A stretch of DNA of 15,465 bases from Candidatus Hermodarchaeota archaeon (GCA_016840065.1 JAEOTB010000069.1:1-15465); one strand, 5' to 3'. Positions 1 to 6,607 are shown, counted from the first letter of the stretch. Numbers and translations: made by a program. The notes: generated by a model from the letters alone, not told the origin.

Positions 1-716
1 AGAATCTGGATTGGGCGCTCAGTACCTGCCTTTATCTCGACCTTCTCGATGGCAAGGGCTGAAACCGAGTGAATGTTAATGTTACCACTGTCAAAGGCCA
101 TACGACCACGACCCTTGGTCATGTCTGTTCCATCTGCAATACCTACAAGGGCTGCTTCCTTTGTCAAATCCTTGACATGAGCAGGATGAGCGTAGATAGC
201 ATGGAGAATGTGTCCCCTAATTTCAAACATCACTTCAGGGTCCTTGTATATCTCTGGTAGCAACCTGTTTAGGATAGGAATAGCCAGATAAACCGAGTGG
301 AGGTGATGTTCCTCCCTGTGAACCTGGTTCCCCAGATCATGAAGCAAAGCAGCGGTCATTACAACAAGATGAGCATCATCCTCGTCTCCCGCCTTCATCT
401 CCATAAGATTAGTCACAACACCTGCATCTAGCAGGAGCTTCAGCATCTGCAAAGCATTAGCAGAAGTTATACGGGCGTGGACGCCGCCATGATCGTTGTA
501 CCTGAGACAGCCAACAGCAATGTAATTTGCCATGTCGTGGCATGCGTTGACTTCTGCGTCTTGTTGCAGAAGTCCCCAGAGTTTCTTGGCTTTGGGGTGT
601 TTGGCGATGAGCTTTGTGATTATTTTTTCTGCTCCGATTTTCAAGTCTTCGTAGGAGGAGGGCAGTTCGAGTTCGAAGCCCCTTCCTGTGGCAATTAGTC
701 TTTTTGGTTTGGTCAT
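1..716 (-). CDS. HD-domain metal-dependent phosphohydrolase (COG3294-like), 3' end runs off the window
   Basis: Manual translation from ATG at 716, open to the window edge: MTKPKRLIATGRGFELELPSSYEDLK...RYNDHGGVHAR...AALLHDLGNQVHREEHHLHS...HAIYAH...IADGTDMTKGRGR...NIHSVSALAIEKV. It has the H...HD...D metal-binding motifs. Upstream AGGAAGGTTGA is SD-like. Absent from the ORF track because no stop lies in the window. Confidence 0.93.
   Translation of the reverse strand, partial: MTKPKRLIATGRGFELELPSSYEDLKIGAEKIITKLIAKHPKAKKLWGLLQQDAEVNACHDMANYIAVGCLRYNDHGGVHARITSANALQMLKLLLDAGVVTNLMEMKAGDEDDAHLVVMTAALLHDLGNQVHREEHHLHSVYLAIPILNRLLPEIYKDPEVMFEIRGHILHAIYAHPAHVKDLTKEAALVGIADGTDMTKGRGRMAFDSGNINIHSVSALAIEKVEIKAGTERPIQI
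588..716 (-). repeat. Copy 1 of a 129-bp diverged direct repeat (codons 1-43 of the HD gene)
   Basis: Aligns without gaps to 1687-1815 at offset 1099; 108/129 nt identical; perfect 35-bp core at 652-686. Confidence 0.97.
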
Positions 717-879
717 TTGTATCAACCTTCCTGTTTCGAGGGAGTTTATTCTCTTTGATTAGAATGTTTTGCATTTACTCCTTAGAATTGCTAGGTATCC
801 AGTGGCCTGGTGTGTAGGATTCCTGTTTGACTCGAAATTTAGTATCTCGACAAAATATCGCCCCATTCCCTAAAATCCG

Positions 880-1626
880 TTGACTATGAATCAAAGAGTT
901 TTAAAGAACCTTTCAGATAGATTTACTGCCCCAGTTAAAGAGGGAGTTCGATTGGAACGCTTTTTCCGACAACTACTCAAAGAGGAGCTTGACCACCGTG
1001 GCCGTGTCAGTAGACTAGATTCCGCGATGCTATTCTTAGCCTCCGCCACCAGTCTCGCCTTCGCCTTAATTCAAACATTATTGACAACTTCCCCTACCTT
1101 CATCTTTATCATTCCAGGTCTTCTCCTAGGCTGGTTCGCTCCCTTCTACATCGGATATATACATGGTGCAATAAAAAATAACCCTGTCAATCGAATTCGT
1201 GGCTGGACTTACCTAACGATGGGAAGCATCAGCTATGTTATATTATCGATTTTTAGTCTCTTTATAGTTCCCTTACTGGTGTTAGATGCCGCACTAGGTG
1301 TTTTCATAGCAATCGGATGTACTCTACCGTTCATAATCACGGGCATGGCAGTAACTTCATCGTTAAATCAACGGATTTCTAGAATCTGTAACCACTACGC
1401 AACTCCAGTTGAGCAGAAAGTCGTGAACTCCACGAGAATATCTTCAACGATTCTTGCCCTTGCACTTTCAATTGCAGTTTGTCTTGAATGGGAATATTTC
1501 CATCAACTTCAGGAAGGGATTCTTTTATTCCGGTTCTTTGTTTATACATATGTTCTTATCGGATTATTCTTCGAATTGTATGTTTGGTATCTGATGAGGT
1601 ATAAATCAAAAAGTGTAGTTCAGTGA
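880..1626 (+). CDS. Hypothetical integral membrane protein (~6 TM), cargo between the two HD 5' copies
   Basis: 248-aa ORF (TTG 880 or ATG 886) with several hydrophobic segments and motif-like PFYIGYIHGAI...RIRGWTYL. AT-rich: 24/60 and 20/60 GC in the lines at 1201 and 1501. Confidence 0.8.
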   Translation: MTMNQRVLKNLSDRFTAPVKEGVRLERFFRQLLKEELDHRGRVSRLDSAMLFLASATSLAFALIQTLLTTSPTFIFIIPGLLLGWFAPFYIGYIHGAIKNNPVNRIRGWTYLTMGSISYVILSIFSLFIVPLLVLDAALGVFIAIGCTLPFIITGMAVTSSLNQRISRICNHYATPVEQKVVNSTRISSTILALALSIAVCLEWEYFHQLQEGILLFRFFVYTYVLIGLFFELYVWYLMRYKSKSVVQ

Positions 1627-1651
1627 CAGACCTCTGCAGTGGGGGAGTCTG
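1627..1651 (+). terminator. Possible stem-loop directly after the 880-1626 stop codon
   Basis: CAGAC-CTCT-GCAGTG-GGGG-A-GTCTG pairs with G-T wobbles and a bulge; no strong T-tract follows. Confidence 0.3.
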
Positions 1652-1680
1652 GTTGCTTAGGCTAAATCAGGGTTCTCTTC

Positions 1681-1815
1681 TCAGACGGCTTCGGGGTGTT
1701 TGGCTAGGAGTTTGGTGATGGCTTTTTCTGCTGCTATCTTTAAGTCTTCATAGGAGGAGGGCAGTTCGAGTTCGAAGCCCCTTCCGGTCTGAATCAATCT
1801 CTTTGGTTTAGTCAT
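1681..1815 (-). pseudogene. Truncated 5' stub of the HD phosphohydrolase gene (44 aa), copy 2 of the repeat
   Basis: ATG at 1815 gives MTKPKRLIQTGRGFELELPSSYEDLKIAAEKAITKLLAKHPEAV*, 38/43 aa identical to the HD N-terminus. Homology ends abruptly after codon 43 and a TGA follows one codon later. Confidence 0.92.
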
Positions 1816-1820
1816 GAAAT

Positions 1821-1853
1821 TCACCAATGGGAATTTGGTTTCATGCTTATAAT
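1821..1853 (-). promoter_or_regulatory. TATA-like box and archaeal SD upstream of the HD stub
   Basis: On the minus strand ATTATAAG (1853-1846) lies about 30 nt upstream of the ATG and GGTGA (1825-1821) 5 nt upstream. Confidence 0.6.
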
Positions 1854-1915
1854 TGAATATTGTGTTTTTGCCATTGAAACTTATTCTATCAGGAGTACCT
1901 TAGAATCTTGTGGGG

Positions 1916-2072
1916 TCACTCAAGCAGATTGTCAACCAGACACCTCGCACAAAGACCACGGTGCCCCTCAAACTGCCTCTGCTCCTCTCCATGCGTTACC
2001 TTATCACATACAAGTACTGAGGTGGCTCACAGCACTCCCTGCACTTCTCTTTGATATACCATGTAAACACAC
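1916..2072 (-). pseudogene. Possible degraded small Cys/His-rich (zinc-finger-like) gene
   Basis: GGTGA SD (2085-2081) precedes GTG at 2072. Fragments in three frames read MCLHGISK / EKCRECCEPPQYL / VCDKVTHGEEQRQFEGHRGLCARCLVDNLLE*; two single-base repairs give a 52-aa protein. Confidence 0.3.
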
Positions 2073-2134
2073 AAAACTACTCACCCACCCCCACAAAATC
2101 TCAAGAAATCTTTTAGCTACATAAGATTTTGATA

Positions 2135-3451
2135 CTAGACGCTAGAATCTTCGTATTCTTTACCTGAAATTATCGCCTCATCAATTTCCGCTATTAGCTG
2201 CTTCTTTGAGAGGCTGCTCTTAAGACGGTTCACTATTGTACGACGGGCAACATCTAGAATCTTTCTCGCGAGCTGCTCCAGATCATCACCCTTCTTCCTT
2301 TTAACCTGACTTCCATGAACATAAGCGCTTCTCACTCCATAACTACGACTAACCGTATCATAGATGGACAATGCCTCAGAGCTATTTTGAGCTAACAATC
2401 TACTCACCCGCTGCCCGAGTCTATGACGCAATTCTAACCGCTCACTAGAACCCAGAAGCAAAGCTTCAAGAGCCATAATCGCAAAAAGAAATCGCTCCTC
2501 AAGCGAAGGGGAATCCAAGAGTGCCTTATTGAGCCGCTCTAAAGCAATGGTAAGCTCATCAATCGTTGGGTTAACACAAACACGAGGAGTTATTTTATCC
2601 TCCAGCTCAGAGAAGAAAATCTTCAACTTGTCTCGTTCTTGAATTGACAGTTTATACTCATACGCTGGTGACCGTACCACATTTGGCCAACTAGAGGAAC
2701 CCCCTTCGAAAGGGGATTCACAAGAATAAAATGTCACTACCGCTTTGACTGACCCAACTTTGAAAAGTCTAAGTATTTGAGGTACAGCCTGAACGATGGG
2801 AAAGATTTCTGATTGATTTCGTGCAAGACGGTGTATTTCAACAACTGCTGAAGGTTCTCTATCATATTGTAAACGAGGCGGTCCATGTGTATACCTTGAA
2901 AGGCGTTTCAAATCCATTGGTTGTTTTCTCACAAAGTCGTTGGGTCGTGGCTTTCGTATAATAAAACCATCGTCTAAGACGATGTCATCGTCTTCCATCC
3001 ATACACCCTTAATCAAAACCCTGACATGCCATTGAGCTTTTTCGTTTTTGAGAAATCCTAAGAAGTAATCGATGATATCCATTAGATTCTTGGTTCCATT
3101 TTGAAGCCAGTCACGAGCAATAACCCATAGTAGCTGATCAATACGCATCTTTGTAGCAAATTTATTGAGACTATACTTTTCCTGAATTATCTTTGAAGAT
3201 GCAAGATATTGTTCTGTGGACCTTATGTCGGATTCTAAGGTTTTACGTAACCTCATAGAGTCAATAATGTGTCTTGACTCTGTATCAGATATCGGGCGGA
3301 ATGTTGATCTTCCATCCTTGTATTCGAACTGGTCGACTCCTTCGATATCGATTTCCTCGGTTGCGATAAATGCTGTAGGCTGCCTTTCAATGATTTCAAC
3401 AAGCAGCCGCGCAAGCTTAGCTAATCTTTTCCTTACCTGGCTTTTATCCAA
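2135..3451 (-). CDS. ApeA-like HEPN domain protein (putative RNase, defence/abortive-infection type)
   Basis: 438 aa. The C-terminal ERFLFAIMALEALL...ELRHRLGQRVSRLL...YGVRSAYVHG matches the Apea/HEPN pattern with an intact Rx4H catalytic motif (nt 2315-2332). TTG start; AT-rich. Confidence 0.85.
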   Translation of the reverse strand: MDKSQVRKRLAKLARLLVEIIERQPTAFIATEEIDIEGVDQFEYKDGRSTFRPISDTESRHIIDSMRLRKTLESDIRSTEQYLASSKIIQEKYSLNKFATKMRIDQLLWVIARDWLQNGTKNLMDIIDYFLGFLKNEKAQWHVRVLIKGVWMEDDDIVLDDGFIIRKPRPNDFVRKQPMDLKRLSRYTHGPPRLQYDREPSAVVEIHRLARNQSEIFPIVQAVPQILRLFKVGSVKAVVTFYSCESPFEGGSSSWPNVVRSPAYEYKLSIQERDKLKIFFSELEDKITPRVCVNPTIDELTIALERLNKALLDSPSLEERFLFAIMALEALLLGSSERLELRHRLGQRVSRLLAQNSSEALSIYDTVSRSYGVRSAYVHGSQVKRKKGDDLEQLARKILDVARRTIVNRLKSSLSKKQLIAEIDEAIISGKEYEDSSV

Positions 3452-3779
3452 AACCGAATCAATCCCTTTGTGATTAATCTTCTAAGGGCAATATTCAACA
3501 ATAAATGTCTATTGACAGTCAGCCGTATAGGTTCCAGTTTTAGAGCGTTACAAAGACGGTGCTTCTCGCTAAGGATAAAATACAGAGTGCTGTACGTCAT
3601 CTTCGTCTCAGTCCATCCCTAGCTGGCTCTGCAATACCGGCACTTCTCGTTCTCGGATACTGTTTCGTTTAAAGAAGAGATAAGTGATCTAAATCAAACT
3701 ATAAAGACGATACTCGAAACAAGAACCAACTAAATAGGCACTTGAATCTACCGATAATAGGGCGCAGGGATGTGAAAGG

Positions 3780-4103
3780 TTATGACTCGTCAGGATCGTC
3801 TTCAGGTGGTGGATCGATGTAGAGACCTTGTTTTCGGAGTGCTTCGAGCATTGCTGGCATGGCTTCGAATTGTCGGAGCTGGACTTCCTTCTCGAATCGT
3901 TGCTGTTTCTCTTCGGCTTCGGCTTCTTCGAGCTCACTCTTCGAGTAGGAGTACAGGAGTAAACAACAAAACGTTGATAGCCCAGAGATTATCCACAAGA
4001 TGTTACCAGCTCCGAAGAACGTACCGGTGAAGAAAGTCAATGCTACTCCGCTTCCCTGGGCAGCATGCAAGAGAAATCGGTGGAATTTTCTTTCTTTGGT
4101 CAC
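3780..4103 (-). CDS. Small 2-TM membrane protein with acidic coiled-coil tail
   Basis: 107 aa; GTG start preceded by AGGAGTGG; two hydrophobic segments, then SELEEAEAEEKQQRFEKEVQ and an acidic C-terminus. Confidence 0.75.
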   Translation of the reverse strand: MTKERKFHRFLLHAAQGSGVALTFFTGTFFGAGNILWIISGLSTFCCLLLYSYSKSELEEAEAEEKQQRFEKEVQLRQFEAMPAMLEALRKQGLYIDPPPEDDPDES

Positions 4104-4168
4104 AGAACCACTCCTAACCCTAGCTGGGAACCATTCCTCTTAAATCTAGCATAATTCAAGCATACCCC

Positions 4169-4184
4169 TGCTCCTTAATTTAGG
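4169..4184 (+). repeat. 16-bp direct repeat, left copy (TGCTCCTTAATTTAGG)
   Basis: 15/16 identical to 5403-5418; the two copies flank the 4262-5326 gene. Confidence 0.7.
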
Positions 4185-4204
4185 CTAAAAAATTTGGACG
4201 AGTT

Positions 4205-4257
4205 CGGCGACCTTGGAAGCGGCGACCTTGCCTCTCCATGGTGGAAGTCTAGGCAAG
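4205..4257 (-). terminator. Hairpin plus short tandem repeat just after the stop of the 354-aa gene
   Basis: CTTGCCT (4227-4233) pairs with AGGCAAG (4251-4257), with inner TCCA/TGGA. CGGCGACCTTG occurs twice (4205-4215, 4220-4230). A T6 run follows further downstream on the minus strand. Confidence 0.4.
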
Positions 4258-4261
4258 ATTA

Positions 4262-5326
4262 TTAATCATAAAGCGATGGAATCAAGTTCTCTCGCTCAAC
4301 AATTTTTTTTAGAAGATTGTCAAGTAATGGCACTAACTTCTTGAGTGCTTCAAGAAAATCCGTTCGCACGGTTTTTCCTTCTGATGTAATAAGCCTCGCA
4401 CCATGAAAGCGCTGCCCTTTTATTGTTATAATGGTGACAAGAAAAATACCACATTCATCGACATAAAGGTCCAGATGCAGTTTATTCCCTAAATACGACC
4501 GCTCAGATTCTTCCTCTACTAGTGTGACTTGGCTTTCTAGAGTTCCATTAGAGAGTTTATCGAGTCCCATTTTGTATGCTACTACGATTCCTCTTGCGTC
4601 GCGTAATAATTCCGCTTCTGCATCTAAGAGCCTATTCCAATCACCTTTTGATTCACATTCTAACAATTCAGCTATCACATGATGAAGGGTTGATTTTTGC
4701 GTACTCTGTTTTATCTCTTGTTTGACTAGATAGGTGAATCGGGCTAGAAATAGCCGTCCGAATGTTTTCTGCCATTGTTTCCTGGCCGTCCACCCAAAGG
4801 CAATCATGCCAAGGAATGTAGTGAGGATCAGCATAACTCGGAGGATTAGGGGTAACCAACCAGGAATGAGATTCGCAATAAGAAGGACGGTGAAGCTTAC
4901 GAAGCCCACTACAAAGTTGAAGTAGCTTTCACGATCTCGTTGCATTATTGCATAGCGAAACACATCACTTCTAAACGGTTTCTCGCCAACAAGGGGTTGG
5001 TCTTTATCCTGCGATTTTAGCCTGTTCTTCCAATATTTCTCAATCGGCTGCCAATAAGCGAGGAGTGGAGTGAGGGCGCCTGTTCCGAGAAGGGTAATTG
5101 CAGGAAGGAGTATCGCCGTAACTAGCGTGGGATCGTAGGTAGCCGGGTCGAATCCAAGAGGTACAAACCAGGTAACTAGCAGTGGGCTAAGCAAAGGATT
5201 CGCTTGTAAGAGGGGAACGAGGGAACTGCCGAGGGTTATCAGAAGAAAAATAATGGAGCTCCCAAGAAATAGATACCGAAAGGGCGTGGGCGCCTTTGAG
5301 TCAAGGATAACGGTTGGCAGAGACAT
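4262..5326 (-). CDS. Hypothetical membrane protein (4-5 N-terminal TMs, soluble C-terminal domain)
   Basis: The ORF track gives 4262-5347, but ATG at 5326 (MSLPTVILD...) is preceded by GAGGGAGTG and is the better start (354 aa). No recognised family. Confidence 0.8.
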   Translation of the reverse strand: MSLPTVILDSKAPTPFRYLFLGSSIIFLLITLGSSLVPLLQANPLLSPLLVTWFVPLGFDPATYDPTLVTAILLPAITLLGTGALTPLLAYWQPIEKYWKNRLKSQDKDQPLVGEKPFRSDVFRYAIMQRDRESYFNFVVGFVSFTVLLIANLIPGWLPLILRVMLILTTFLGMIAFGWTARKQWQKTFGRLFLARFTYLVKQEIKQSTQKSTLHHVIAELLECESKGDWNRLLDAEAELLRDARGIVVAYKMGLDKLSNGTLESQVTLVEEESERSYLGNKLHLDLYVDECGIFLVTIITIKGQRFHGARLITSEGKTVRTDFLEALKKLVPLLDNLLKKIVERENLIPSLYD

Positions 5327-5371
5327 TGACACTCCCTCAGTATACAAAATTAGAAGCCACTTGAGGCTAAA

Positions 5372-5385
5372 AAACCTTAAGGTTT
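5372..5385. promoter_or_regulatory. Perfect 14-bp palindrome AAACCTTAAGGTTT upstream of the 354-aa gene
   Basis: Self-complementary, 46-59 nt upstream of ATG 5326; candidate operator or promoter element. Confidence 0.45.
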
Positions 5386-5402
5386 CAAGAAAAGAGCAGG
5401 GG

Positions 5403-5418
5403 TGCTCCTTAATTCAGG
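5403..5418 (+). repeat. 16-bp direct repeat, right copy (TGCTCCTTAATTCAGG)
   Basis: 15/16 identical to 4169-4184; overlaps the small hairpin GAGCA-GGGG-TGCTC (5394-5407). Confidence 0.7.
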
Positions 5419-5624
5419 TTTTAGAGAACGGATTCTACATTTCCTGGGCTCTCACCAGTTCCGACGCCAACTACCACCACTACACTGGAGTTTACATAGT
5501 ATCTGTCTTCGATTCAACGCCTTGGATTATTCTAGCCGCTGAGGTAATACTGGTTGTTATGATAGTAACGACACTGGTGGTTGTAGTTTACCGCTGGAGG
5601 CGACGACGTAGGAACATGTCTTGA
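5403..5624 (+). pseudogene. Probable 3' remnant of a C-terminally anchored surface protein gene
   Basis: Reads ...ENGFYISWALTSSDANYHHYTGVYIVSVFDSTPWIILAAEVILVVMIVTTLVVVVYRWRRRRRNMS*: a TM helix plus basic stop-transfer cluster. No credible start; upstream the frame runs through another gene's promoter and coding sequence. Confidence 0.55.
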
Positions 5625-6556
5625 AGTCTAAGGTAGACCTGAGAAGGTACGCTTATCTCCCCTTGATTAATAATCGAGATGATGAGTTTTTGCTCCTTGA
5701 ATCTTTTTGCGTGGAATTCAGTATGCGCCATCACTCTGTAGAGTATCTCGTAGGCCCTCGGATCTTTTGCCCCAATCCTTAGAAGTTCTGTGATAAGGGG
5801 GTGAATCATCTGGATTAGGTGGGGGTAGGCTTTGTCTACTTTCTCGATTGCGGCTGGTCCCTCAATCTTGAGAAGTGCGACTGCAGTCATGGTTCGTGCC
5901 ATCTCGTTTTCGTTCTCTCTCAACCTCTGGTCTAGAATGGGTACGGCGCGTGGGTCGCTGATTACTCCGAGAGCTTGGGTGCAGCAACCCTGAACGTAGT
6001 CGGGTAGTCCTCCAGAAGGGGATGCTCCCCTGAGTAATGCTTCAAGGGCTGTGGAACCTCCTATCTCTCCAAGGCACATACAAGCGTGGCCGCGTGTCGT
6101 CTCACTTGGGTGTTTTTCAATGACTTCGAGGAGATGTGGGATTGACCTTGTGCCATCCGTTTCTACCATGAGGCGGAGGGCTATAGCGTGGTATTGAAAT
6201 CTGGGTTTTTGCCCGTCTGTGTGTATGTGTAGAAGTCCTTCAAAGCCCCGGTCTCCCATCCTGCGCAAAACCTCCACAATAGCCTCTTTATCCTCGGCTC
6301 TCGGGGCTTGCAACCATGCGTGAATGAAGAGAAGACTCTCGCCGACACTGCCTTCAGTGCCCTCCGCCACGGGTACGCCTTTGTCTAGATGGGTCATCAG
6401 GTCTTCATGGGTGTACCGCTCCGCTATTTCGTCAAAAATCGCCTTTAGGGCTTCAAACTTTTCCATATCAGAGTTCAAGATGTCAGAGAAGGCGGCTTCT
6501 AACCGTTCCATCGTCTCTATTAACTCGATTTTTCCCAAATCATTCTTCCCGCTCAT
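5588..6556 (-). CDS. HEAT/PBS-lyase-like repeat protein
   Basis: 322 aa with tandem HEAT-like units: TTRGHACMCLGEIGGSTALEALL, YVQGCCTQALGVISDPRAVPILDQRL, MARTMTAVALLKIEG. AAGGATAG lies upstream of the ATG. Confidence 0.85.
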   Translation of the reverse strand: MSGKNDLGKIELIETMERLEAAFSDILNSDMEKFEALKAIFDEIAERYTHEDLMTHLDKGVPVAEGTEGSVGESLLFIHAWLQAPRAEDKEAIVEVLRRMGDRGFEGLLHIHTDGQKPRFQYHAIALRLMVETDGTRSIPHLLEVIEKHPSETTRGHACMCLGEIGGSTALEALLRGASPSGGLPDYVQGCCTQALGVISDPRAVPILDQRLRENENEMARTMTAVALLKIEGPAAIEKVDKAYPHLIQMIHPLITELLRIGAKDPRAYEILYRVMAHTEFHAKRFKEQKLIISIINQGEISVPSQVYLRLQDMFLRRRLQR

Positions 6557-6607
6557 ATACTATCCTTACTTTCATACTCTAAAAAAACTTCTCGTAAAAA
6601 CACCATG

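Noticed and set aside
69-698. Plus-strand ORFs 69-260 and 477-698
   Set aside because: Antisense shadows of the HD gene.
457-774. 105-aa minus-strand ORF with TAAGGAG just before its ATG
   Set aside because: Overlaps the clearly real HD gene out of frame, the SD spacing is only 3 nt and the product is not protein-like.
1627-1651. Resemblance of CTGCAGTGGGGGAG to an IS200/IS605 end hairpin
   Set aside because: Only a partial match, no partner end, and no tnpA or tnpB in the window.
1916-2074. 53-codon minus-strand frame with a single in-frame TGA (2027-2029), possible selenoprotein
   Set aside because: The TGA is not in a redox-motif context and I see no SECIS-like element; decay is simpler.
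1843-2124. 93-aa plus-strand ORF
   Set aside because: Runs through the HD-stub promoter, has no SD or motif, and the opposite strand has better signals.
3512-3733. 74-codon plus-strand frame with a single in-frame TAG (3620-3622), possible pyrrolysine read-through
   Set aside because: No similarity to Pyl proteins and no pyl genes in view; more likely a remnant or chance.
4205-4230. CGGCGACCTTG tandem repeat as a CRISPR remnant
   Set aside because: Only two 11-bp copies with a 4-nt spacer.
717-5624. Integron cassette array
   Set aside because: Genes lie in mixed orientation with their own promoters; there are no RYYYAAC...GTTRRRY attC sites and no intI.
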